Origin: an uncultured delta proteobacterium
Lineage (GTDB): Bacteria; Desulfobacterota; Binatia; UBA9968
NCBI GenBank assembly: GCA_963760795.1
Contig: CAVXEP010000032.1
Span: 288,001-352,000 of the forward strand
Length of the DNA: 64,000 nt
Reading direction: 5' to 3'
Both the position numbers and the translations under genes were made by a program. The stretch's first letter is position 1, and the number at the start of each line of letters is the position of its first letter. The notes beneath the pieces were generated by a model, which ran no database searches, was not told the DNA's origin, and saw nothing but the letters and a program-made list of their open reading frames with translations. Shown here in pieces: positions 54,723 through 64,000 of this stretch.

Positions 54723-55647
54723 ATATTTAATCACTGGCGGCGCGGGTTTCATCGGCTCCCACCTGTGCGAGTATTTTCTCGATCAAGGGCACCAAGTCCT
54801 GTGCATGGATAACTACTCTACAGGTGCCAATGAAAATATCGGCCAGTTTCTGAAAAATCCCCGCTTTCGCTTCATCGATCACAATGTTAGCCGCTATATC
54901 GAAGTGCCAGAGCCCCTGGACTTTGTCCTGCACTTCGCCTCGCCGGCGAGTCCGGTGGATTATTTGGAGCTGCCGATTCCGACTTTAAAAGTTGGCGCCT
55001 TGGGCACCCATAACTCTCTCGGCCTGGCGAAAGAGAAAGGCGCCACCTATCTGCTCGCTTCGACGTCGGAGGTTTATGGCGACCCGCTGGTGCGGCCGCA
55101 GAATGAAGAGTACTGGGGCAACGTCAATCCGATTGGACCGCGCGGCGTTTACGATGAGGCCAAACGGTTTGCCGAGGCGATGACCATGGCATACCACCGG
55201 TTCCATCAGCTCGACACGCGGATCGTGCGCATTTTTAACACCTACGGGCCGCGCATGCGCATCCGCGACGGCCGGGTGGTGCCCAACTTTATTATGCAGG
55301 CGCTCAAAGGTGAGCCGCTGACGGTCTATGGCCAAGGGCAACAGACGCGCAGCTTCCAATACATCGACGATCTGATCGCCGGGCTCGACAAGCTGATCAA
55401 GTCCGATCACCATCTACCGGTAAATATCGGCAACCCTTACGAGATGACGGTTTTGGAATTCGCCAAGAAAATTATCGAAATGACCCAATCTAAGAGCGAA
55501 ATCATTTACAAACCACTGCCGGAAGACGACCCGCAGGTGCGCCAACCGGACATCGCCAAGGCCAGAAACATTCTCGGCTGGGAGCCCAAGATTAAACTGG
55601 AAGAGGGCTTGGTCAAGACCATCGATTATTTCAGAACCAAACTGTAG
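54715..55647 (+). CDS. UDP-glucuronate decarboxylase (UDP-xylose synthase) family
   Basis: [38 protein letters not shown]. Confidence 0.92.
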   Translation: MARYLITGGAGFIGSHLCEYFLDQGHQVLCMDNYSTGANENIGQFLKNPRFRFIDHNVSRYIEVPEPLDFVLHFASPASPVDYLELPIPTLKVGALGTHNSLGLAKEKGATYLLASTSEVYGDPLVRPQNEEYWGNVNPIGPRGVYDEAKRFAEAMTMAYHRFHQLDTRIVRIFNTYGPRMRIRDGRVVPNFIMQALKGEPLTVYGQGQQTRSFQYIDDLIAGLDKLIKSDHHLPVNIGNPYEMTVLEFAKKIIEMTQSKSEIIYKPLPEDDPQVRQPDIAKARNILGWEPKIKLEEGLVKTIDYFRTKL

Positions 55648-55657
55648 GAGCGAAACT

Positions 55658-56584
55658 GTGAAAATCGTCGTTACCGGCGGCGCCGGCTTTATCGCCTCGA
55701 ACATCACCGACGCCTATATCGAGCGCGGCCACGAAGTTCATATCTTCGATGATTTTTCCACTGGGCAGCGCAGCAATGTCAACGCTCAGGCGACCTTGCA
55801 CCAGATCGATATCGCCGATCGTCAAAGCAGCCAGCTCATCGAGCAAATCAAGCCCGATATTTTGAGTCATCACGCGGCGCAAATGGACGTGCGCCACTCG
55901 GTGGCCGACCCGACCTTCGACGCGCGGGTGAATATTTTGGGTTTTATTAATTTGCTCGAGGGCTGTAAGAACGCCGGCGTCAAGAAAGTGATCTTCGCTT
56001 CTTCCGGCGGCGCGGTCTATGGCGAGCAAGAGAGTTTTCCCGCAGCGGAAAGCCATGCGACGCAACCGGCCAGTCCCTACGGCGTGAGCAAGCGCACCGG
56101 CGAATTGTATCTCTCGTATTATCGCCAGGCGTTCGGGTTACCGTACATCGCCCTGCGTTATGCCAATGTTTACGGCCCGCGCCAGTCGGCCCAAGGCGAG
56201 GCCGGGGTGGTGGCGATCTTCCTGTCCCTGCTATTGACGGGTAAAACGCCGGTCATCAATGGCGACGGCAAGCAAAGCCGCGATTATGTTTACGTCGGCG
56301 ATGTCGTCGCGGCCAATGTCGCGGCCCTCGACAGTGCCTTTGTCGGTCCGGTCAACATCGGTACCGGCGTCGAAACCGACGTGGTGGCGATCTACAATCA
56401 TTTGCGCGACGCCTTGGGCAGTCAGCTGCAAGCGCAACATGGCCCGGCAAAACCGGGAGAACAGCGGCGCAGCTGCATCGATAATCGGCGCGCCGGAGAA
56501 GTTTTGGGCTGGCGGCCGCAAGTGGCACTGGCCGACGGACTGCAACGCACGGCGGCTTATTATCGCGAACATTTGGCCAAATGA
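55658..56584 (+). CDS. NAD-dependent epimerase (UDP-glucose 4-epimerase-like)
   Basis: [30 protein letters not shown]. Confidence 0.88.
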   Translation: MKIVVTGGAGFIASNITDAYIERGHEVHIFDDFSTGQRSNVNAQATLHQIDIADRQSSQLIEQIKPDILSHHAAQMDVRHSVADPTFDARVNILGFINLLEGCKNAGVKKVIFASSGGAVYGEQESFPAAESHATQPASPYGVSKRTGELYLSYYRQAFGLPYIALRYANVYGPRQSAQGEAGVVAIFLSLLLTGKTPVINGDGKQSRDYVYVGDVVAANVAALDSAFVGPVNIGTGVETDVVAIYNHLRDALGSQLQAQHGPAKPGEQRRSCIDNRRAGEVLGWRPQVALADGLQRTAAYYREHLAK

Positions 56585-58375
56585 AACTCGATCATATTCG
56601 AAATTTTTCCATCATCGCCCATATCGACCATGGTAAGTCGACTTTGGCCGACCGGTTGCTGGAGTTCACCGGCGCGGTCAGCGCGCGCGAAAGAACCGAT
56701 CAGATTCTCGATAGCATGGAACTTGAACGGGAGCGCGGCATTACCATCAAGGCCAGCCCGGTATGCCTGCGCTACCGCGCCAAGGACGGCAAAGAGTACA
56801 AGCTCAATCTCATCGATACACCGGGTCATGTCGATTTCACCTATGAAGTGTCGCGTAGTTTGGCCGCTTGCGAAGGCGCTTTATTGATCGTCGACGCGGC
56901 CCAAGGCGTCGAAGCGCAGACCGTCGCCAATGTTCACATGGCGCTGGATCTCAATCTCGAAGTCCTGCCAGTGATCAACAAGATCGATTTGCCCAGCGCC
57001 GAGCCGGAACGGGTCAGACAGGAGATCGAGGATGTCATCGGGCTCGATGCTTCGAATGCGATCCTGGCCAGCGCGAAAGAGGGCGTCGGCATCGAAGATA
57101 TTCTCGAAGCGGTGATCCACTTTTTTCCGCCGCCCCAGGGCGATGTCAACGCGCCATTGACGGCGTCGATCATCGATTGTTGGTTCGACCCTTATCACGG
57201 CGCGGTGGTGATGGTGCGGGTGATGGACGGCCAAGTCGCCAAGGGCTCGCGGATTCGCATGATGTCGAGCGGCCGGAGCTTTGAAGTAACCCGGACCGGC
57301 GTCTATTCGCCCGGCCCGGCGGAAACCACCGGACTCAACGCCGGCGAAGTCGGTTTCATCATGGCCGGCATCAAAGAAGTCTCCGAAACGCGCATCGGCG
57401 ATACCATTACGCTGGACGATAATCCCGCCAGCAAAGCGCTGCCCGGTTACAAACCGATGAAACCGATGGTCTTCAGCGGTCTCTATCCGACCGAGGCGCA
57501 TCAGTATCAGGCGCTGCGCGATGCCCTCGACAAGCTCCGTTTGAACGACTCGTCGTTTACATTCGAGCCGGAAACGTCGCAGGCTTTGGGTTTCGGATTC
57601 CGCTGCGGCTTTTTGGGCCTGTTGCATTTGGACATCATCCGCGAACGGCTCGAACGGGAATTTAGCTTAAGCCTGATTACCACCGCGGCGACGGTTATCT
57701 ACCAGGTGACCAAGGTGACCGGCGAAGTCTTGCTGATCGACAATCCGGTGCGCATGCCCAACGAAGGCGATATCCAAAAGATCGAAGAGCCGATCATCGA
57801 CGCGTCGATCCATTTGCCCCAGGAATTCCTGGGCGGCAGTCCTAGGGCTGTGCCAGGAGAAGCGCGGCACACAGAAAGAAATTCGCTATCTCGGCCCCAA
57901 GCGGGTGATGCTCGCCTACGAGTTGCCGCTCAACGAGATCGTCGCCGATTTTTACGATCGCCTGAAATCGGTGAGTCGCGGTTACGCGTCAATGGAGTAT
58001 GAGCTGGCCGGCTATCGCGAATCTGACTTGGTCAAACTCGACGTGCGCATCAATGGCGACATCGTCGACGCCATGTCGATGATCGTGCACCGCGACAACG
58101 CTTATTACCGCGGCCGCGATTTGGTGCAAAAGATGCGCTCACTGATCCCGCGGCAGATGTTCGAAGTGGTGATCCAGGCCGCTATCGGCAGCCGAATCGT
58201 CTCCCGCGAAGCGGTCAAGGCGCTGCGCAAGAACGTCATCGCCAAATGTTATGGCGGCGATATTTCGCGCAAACGCAAACTGCTGGAAAAGCAAAAAGAG
58301 GGGAAGAAGCGCATGAAGCAGGTGGGCAAGGTGGAAATCCCCCAAGAGGCTTTTCTTGCCGCGCTAAAGGTGTAA
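56581..58375 (+). CDS. lepA: Elongation factor 4 (frameshift near 57840)
   Basis: [45 protein letters not shown]. Confidence 0.96.
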
Positions 58376-58387
58376 ATTGGAGACTTC

Positions 58388-59044
58388 ATGGCTGAAAAAG
58401 TAAAAAACCAAGTAGTGGCTGAGGGCAGCGTGGCGCCAAAAGCCAAATCGACGTTTCGCGAGTATGCCGAAGCGATCTTGATGGCGTTGATCCTGGCGCT
58501 GTTTATTCGCACTTTCATCGTCCAGGCTTTCAAAATTCCGTCGGGTTCGATGATCCCGACCTTGGCGATCGGCGATCATATCCTCGTCAACAAACTCTCC
58601 TACGGCGTGCGCCTACCCTTTTTAGAAAAGTATCTGATCGACTTCGGCGCACCGGCGCGCGGCGATGTGATCGTCTTCATTTACCCCGAGGACCGCTCGA
58701 AAGATTTCATCAAACGGGTGGTCGGTGTGGCCGGCGACAACGTCGAAGTGCGCAGCAAGAAGGTTTTCATCAACGGCCAAGCGGTGGAGGATAGCCACGC
58801 CCACTTCGAAGGTTACGATCCCCAGTTGGGCGGCACGGTGAACGGCGACAACTACGGGCCGAAGGTCGTTCCCGAAGGCCATGTCTTCGTCATGGGCGAC
58901 AATCGCGATCGCAGCTATGACAGCCGCTTCTGGGGTTATGTCAATTTGAGCGAAGTGCGCGGCAAAGCCTTCTTGATCTATTGGTCCTGGGACGGCATCG
59001 ACCGCTGGGTGCGCTGGGAGCGGTTGGGCAATTTGATCCGGTAG
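58388..59044 (+). CDS. lepB: Signal peptidase I
   Basis: IPSGSM (Ser), FIKRV (Lys), GDNRDRSYDSR. Confidence 0.95.
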   Translation: MAEKVKNQVVAEGSVAPKAKSTFREYAEAILMALILALFIRTFIVQAFKIPSGSMIPTLAIGDHILVNKLSYGVRLPFLEKYLIDFGAPARGDVIVFIYPEDRSKDFIKRVVGVAGDNVEVRSKKVFINGQAVEDSHAHFEGYDPQLGGTVNGDNYGPKVVPEGHVFVMGDNRDRSYDSRFWGYVNLSEVRGKAFLIYWSWDGIDRWVRWERLGNLIR

Positions 59045-59097
59045 CCGATGACGCAAACGGCAACGCTTGAGTACCGACTGAAAGTGCGAGTTCGTGC

Positions 59098-59385
59098 ATG
59101 ACGAAAAAAATCAAAATACTTCTGACCGGATTGTCACTCTTGGTCTTGCTCCTGGTGTTGGTCAATATCTTTATCGGCGTCGGCAATCAGTCGATCCAGA
59201 GCGATGTCAGCGAGCGCCAGCAAATCATCAGCCAGACTATGCAGCTCGATGCGCTCAACCGCCAGCTTATCAATGTACTTGCCAATCTCGCGATGAAGAC
59301 AAACGACGAGCCGCTCATGGGCGTACTAGCCGCGGCCGGCATCAACTTACAAGCGGGTCCACAAACCAAGCCGCCGGCGAAGTGA
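59098..59385 (+). CDS. Hypothetical bitopic membrane protein with coiled coil
   Basis: N-terminal TM followed by a Gln-rich amphipathic helix. Confidence 0.75.
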   Translation: MTKKIKILLTGLSLLVLLLVLVNIFIGVGNQSIQSDVSERQQIISQTMQLDALNRQLINVLANLAMKTNDEPLMGVLAAAGINLQAGPQTKPPAK

Positions 59386-59392
59386 GACATCC

Positions 59393-59783
59393 ATGGACAA
59401 CGAAAACAATAACGACATTGACGCCAGCACCAGCGAAGAAGAATTCGCCAGTGCGCCGATGGCAACTCAATCGAACCTGCCGCTGATTATTACGTTGGTC
59501 GCACTGATCACCTATTTCGGCTTTCAAACCGTCTCCTTACTCGCCGAACGGAGCAACCTCGGCCTGATCAAGGGCAGCCAAGAAACTGCCCTCCAAGAAG
59601 CGCAAAAGACCCAAGCCCAATTCAGGACCATCGTTACGAAGACCGGCGAACTCGCCGACAAAGGCCACGGCGGCGCTAAGATGGTCATGGAAGGCTTGCA
59701 GCGCCAAGGCATGGGCATGGCCCGGACCTACCAAGTCTCCTGAGACGGTTCCAGATAAGGCGGAAGCCAAACCCGCTAAGTAG
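59393..59783 (+). CDS. Hypothetical bitopic membrane protein with coiled coil (probable frameshift near 59720)
   Basis: Acidic N-terminus, one TM, Gln-rich helix; alternative frame ends ...DKAEAKPAK*, echoing the upstream gene's ...KPPAK*. Confidence 0.72.
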
Positions 59784-59812
59784 TTTCACACCGTTCCGTT
59801 AGCCTCCGACCC

Positions 59813-59843
59813 GTAGGTTGGGTTAGCCAAGCGTAACCCAACA
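59813..59843. repeat. GTAG-type REP element
   Basis: GTAG tag followed by the GTTGGGTTA...TAACCCAAC palindrome. Confidence 0.75.
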
Positions 59844-59861
59844 GTTCGATTCCTTCATCAC

Positions 59862-60112
59862 CTAGTGTAGTGCCTCTTAAATCAAGGCACTTATCTTCGA
59901 TCTAACCCGTTGCCAGAACTACCGAGAGTTCACCACGAGGCAAGTATCTAGCGCGGTCCCGAGCAATCCAATGGGAAATATTTTTTCGCCACGAAGGATA
60001 CGAAGCAGCACGAGGATCGGAGTGTTGGTCATCCGAACCCTTGGTGTCCTTCGTGAGCTTCGTGATGAGTACTTCCCCGATAGACTACCAACAGCGTGAG
60101 ACACTCCACTAG
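59862..60112. mobile_element. MITE-like element (about 250 bp) with CTAG-ended terminal inverted repeats
   Basis: CTAGTGTAGTGCCTC ... GAGACACTCCACTAG (13/15 match); no coding capacity; encloses a CACGAAG hairpin. Confidence 0.6.
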
Positions 60113-60286
60113 TGATCATGATCTAAAAAGGTCTGATCACTTCTCTAAATCGTGGGAATCGCCAGGTTACACTGCGTTAACCAGACCTACGTTCAGTGTG
60201 ACTTACCTGACGATTTCCGATTGCTTATTGACCCTCCGCGTAATTCCCTTTAGCTTGGGACTTTAATTATTGCGGAGAATTTCAGC

Positions 60287-63200
60287 TTGAACGACCTATT
60301 TCATCCCTTAGTCGAGCGCTGGTTTACCGAACGATTTCACCAGCCGACGCCGGCGCAAGCCGCCGGTTGGCAGTCCATTGCCGCCGGCAAGGCGACGTTG
60401 ATCGCCGCGCCCACCGGCTCTGGTAAGACGCTCGCGGCGTTTCTTTGGTCCATCGACAGATTGATCAAGCAGGCGCTCGGCGGTGCGCTGCAGGAGCGCA
60501 CCAGCGTCGTCTACGTCTCGCCCTTAAAAGCTCTCGGCAACGATATCGCCAAGAACCTCCAGGCGCCGCTGGCGGAGATTTATCAATTGGCGGGACGCGA
60601 GGGGATTCTTTTGCCGTCGATTCGGGTGGCGGTGCGCTCGGGGGATACGCCGGCGCGGGAGCGCCAGGCGATGGTGCGCCGGCCGCCGCATATTCTCATT
60701 ACCACGCCGGAGTCGCTGTATATTCTGCTCACTTCGGCGCGCAGCCGGGAATTTCTCCGCTCCGCCGAGACTTTGATCCTCGACGAAATTCACGCCATCG
60801 CTCAGGACAAACGTGGCGCCCATCTAGCGCTTTCTATCGAACGGCTGGCAGCCTTGGCCGAGCGGCCATTGCAGCGCATCGGCTTGAGCGCGACGCAGAA
60901 ACCGATCGACGAAGTGGCGCGGCTCTTGGTCGGGACGCGACAGATTCGCGACGATGGCACGCCTGATTGTTCGATTGTCGATGTCGGCCATCAGCGCGAG
61001 ATGGAACTGCGCATCGAAGTGCCGGACGAAGAGTTGGGACCGATCATTCGCCAGGATATCTGGGCGGCGGTTTACGACAAGCTGGTCGAGCAAATTAAAG
61101 CTCATCGGACGACATTGATCTTCGTCAACACCCGCCGCCTGGTCGAGCGGGTCTCGCATCAATTGAGCGAACGGCTGGGCGAAGACAAAGTCGGCGCCCA
61201 TCATGGCAGCCTGTCGCGCAAAACCCGGCTGGAGGTCGAGGAGAAACTCAAATCCGGTCATTATCCGGTGGTGGTCGCCACGGCGTCCCTAGAACTCGGT
61301 ATCGATATCGGCCATGTCGACGTGGTCTGCCACATCGGCTCGCCGCGTAATCTGGCGGTGTTGCTGCAACGGGTTGGCCGCTCCGGCCACTGGCTCGGCG
61401 CGATTCCCAAGGGGCTTTTCTATCCGCTGACGCGGGACGATCTCATGCAGTCGGTGGCGGCGATTCGCGCCGTGCGCCAGGGGCAGTTGGACAAGTTAAA
61501 TTTGATTCACAAACCGCTGGATATCTTGGCGCAGCAGATGGTGGCGACGGTGGCGAGTTCCAGATTGGCCGCAAAGAACGCAAAGGGCGCAAATGACGAA
61601 GAGGGGATTTCCGAAGAAGCGCTGTGGCTACTCATGCGCGCCGCCTATCCGTACCGTGATTTGCAGCGGCAAGAGTTCGAGCAGGTTCTGGAAATGCTCA
61701 GCGAAGGCGTCGAGACCCGGCGCAGCCGGCGCAGCGCTTATATTCATCGCGATCGGATTAACGGCATGCTGCGGCCGCGCCGCGGCGCGCGCTTGACGGC
61801 GATCACCAACGGCGGAGCGATTCCCGATACCGCGGATTACAATGTTGTCGAATTTGCCAGCGAGACCTTTGTTGGCACGGTGCACGAAGATTTCGCCATC
61901 GAGAGTTTGGCCGGGGATATTTTTCTTTTGGGCAACCGCTCCTGGCGCATTCGCCGCGTCGGTTCCGGCAAAGTATGGGTTGACGACGCCCAGGGGTTGC
62001 CGCCGAGTATTCCATTCTGGATGGGCGAGGCGCCGGCGCGCACGCTGGAGTTATCTCAGGCGGTCGCCGATTTGCGCATCGCGGTGGCGGAGCGGATCGG
62101 CGATCGCATCGCGGCGGCGAGCTGGCTTCAGGACGAAGTATCGATGCCCCAAGCCGCGGCCGAGCAGATCGTCAACTACGTCGCCGATACCGTCGCCGTC
62201 CTCGGCACCGTGCCATCGCAGGATAAGATCATCGCCGAACGTTTTTTCGACGAGGCCGGCGGCATGCAGTTGATTCTCCATGCGCCGTGGGGCGGGCGAA
62301 TCAATCGCGCCTGGGGCTTGGCATTGCGCAAGCGTTTCTGCGTCAGCTTCGACCGCGAGCTGCAAGCCGCGGCCACCGACGACGGCATTTGTATCTCGCT
62401 CGTCGAACAGCATTCATTTCCGCTCAGCGACGTGTTCGCCATGCTCAAGCCGGCGATCCTCGAATACAATCTCACTCAAGCGGTGCTGGCGTCGCCGATG
62501 TTTACCAATCGCTGGCGTTGGAACGCGACCCGGGCACTGGCGCTCAAGCGCAGTAACGGCGGTGCAAAAATCCCGGTGGCGATCCAGCGCATGCGCGCCG
62601 AAGATCTGCTCGCGGCGGTGTTTCCCGAACAGGTGATGTGCCAAGACAACCGCAGCGGCGGTGTGGCGCTGCCGGATCATCCGCTGGTGAAAGAAACCAT
62701 CGGCGACTGTTTGCATGAGGCGATGGACATCGACGGCCTGTCGGCGCTGCTCGCCAAGATCGACAGCGGCGAGATCGCCACTCTGGCCATCGACACACCG
62801 GCGCCGTCGCCGATGGCCCATGAAATCTTGAACGCCAATCCCTACGCTTTCCTCGACGATGCGCCATTGGAGGAGCGGCGGGCGCGGGCGGTGTCGCTGC
62901 GCCGGGTCGATCCGCGGTTGGACCGGGAGTTTGGCCAGCTCGATCCCCAGGCCATCGCCGAGGTCTGCAAACAAGCCTGGCCCGAGGCACGCAACGCCGA
63001 TGAGTTGCATGATTTGCTCTTGGGCATATGCATACTGCCGGCGGACTTGCGCCGCGACTGGCAGTCTCTTGCCGGCGAATTGATCGATCACGGCCGTGCG
63101 ACAGTCGCGACCTGGCAGGCTCCAAATGGCGCGCAGCGCGCCATCGTCGCCGCCGAGCGAGTCGATTTGATCAAGATTTGTTTACCGGAGGTTTCTTTCT

Positions 63201-64000
63201 CCCCGGCGATCGCGCTGCCTCTCGGTTTTGCCGAGACCGTGGCGACGGCGGAAGATGCCATCAAGAAAATCGTTCAAGGCTGGCTCGAAGTGAGCGGACC
63301 GGTCAGCGCCGCGGCGCTCGCGACGCGCATTGGCCTGCCGGTCAATAAAGTCGACGCCGCGCTGCTTGCCTTGGAAAGCGCTGGGGTGGCGATGCGCGGT
63401 CAATTCACCGGGCACATTCTTGGCGCTCAAAATGCGGAAGCCGTCGAGTGGTGCGATCGGGTATTGCTCGCGCGCATTCATCGTTTGACCCTGGGCAAGA
63501 TGCGCCGCGAGATTGAACCGGTATCGGCGGCCGACTTCGTCAATTTTCTTGTTCACTGGCAACACGCCGCGCCTGCTAGCAGATTGCGCGGGCGGGACGG
63601 CGTGCTGCGGGTGATTGAACAGTTACAGGGCTTGGAATTGCCCGCGCCGGCTTGGGAGCAGCATGTGCTGCCGGCGCGCATCGAAACTTACGACCCCGCC
63701 GACCTGGAGCACCTCTGTCTAAGCGGCATCGTCGCATGGGGCAGGCTGCGCAACGATACCCTGCCCGAAGAGCTCAGCCTAGCCGAAGACTCCTTCCGGC
63801 AAGAGGTTGAAACGGTTGCTGGCGCCGGCGCGTAATGCGCCCATCGGTTTTATCCTGCGTGACGAGCTGGAAAATTATCTCGAACCGATGCACGGCCGCT
63901 ACACCGAGATCCCGAGCCTGTCGGCCATGGCGCTGGAGGTGGCGCGCTATCTTGAGCAGCAGGGAGCTTCCTTTCTCGCCGATATCGCCCGAGACACCGG
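60287..64000 (+). CDS. lhr: Lhr-family ATP-dependent helicase (large form), runs off the window edge; frameshift near 63800
   Basis: [42 protein letters not shown], plus the long C-terminal region. Confidence 0.92.

Noticed and set aside
60287-64000. Lhr helicase as part of an anti-phage defence system
   Set aside because: It resembles the widespread stand-alone large Lhr repair helicase; no defence-associated partner is visible, and the downstream context lies outside the window.

Overview
A GC-rich bacterial chromosomal window of mostly housekeeping genes. The gene complement suggests a deltaproteobacterial-type lineage, most plausibly Candidatus Binatia (inference from the amidohydrolase, LLM and Bug/TctC expansions and the icd-mdh-sucCD-ndk-rlmN-mtnP order). 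In order it holds: a pyruvate dehydrogenase operon (aceE-aceF-lpdA) with a divergent lipoate ligase; tRNA-Met; thrB; an orphan nuoB; menaquinone genes; a PuuD-like membrane protein facing a cytochrome c; tRNA-Leu; valS-nadC-birA-coaX-EF-G2; an accessory catabolic/transport region (about 21.7-36.6 kb); a complete System I cytochrome c maturation operon; a TCA, nucleotide-salvage and UDP-sugar operon ending in lepA-lepB; and a truncated Lhr helicase. Roughly twenty small indels break genes, including valS, lepA and ccmF, so they are read as long-read assembly errors. No CRISPR array, prophage, integrase or transposase was seen. The best leads are: (i) several families of short-period tandem/inverted intergenic repeats, one apparently inside the Lhr coding sequence; (ii) a diverged copy of the ccmH/ccmI 3' end bounding a ~5 kb accessory segment; (iii) a stand-alone NuoB converging on a menaquinone operon that ends in an unknown membrane protein; (iv) a split PuuD plus cytochrome c pair; (v) two unknown genes behind consensus sigma-54 promoters. 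None of these is demonstrated to be a new system from sequence alone.
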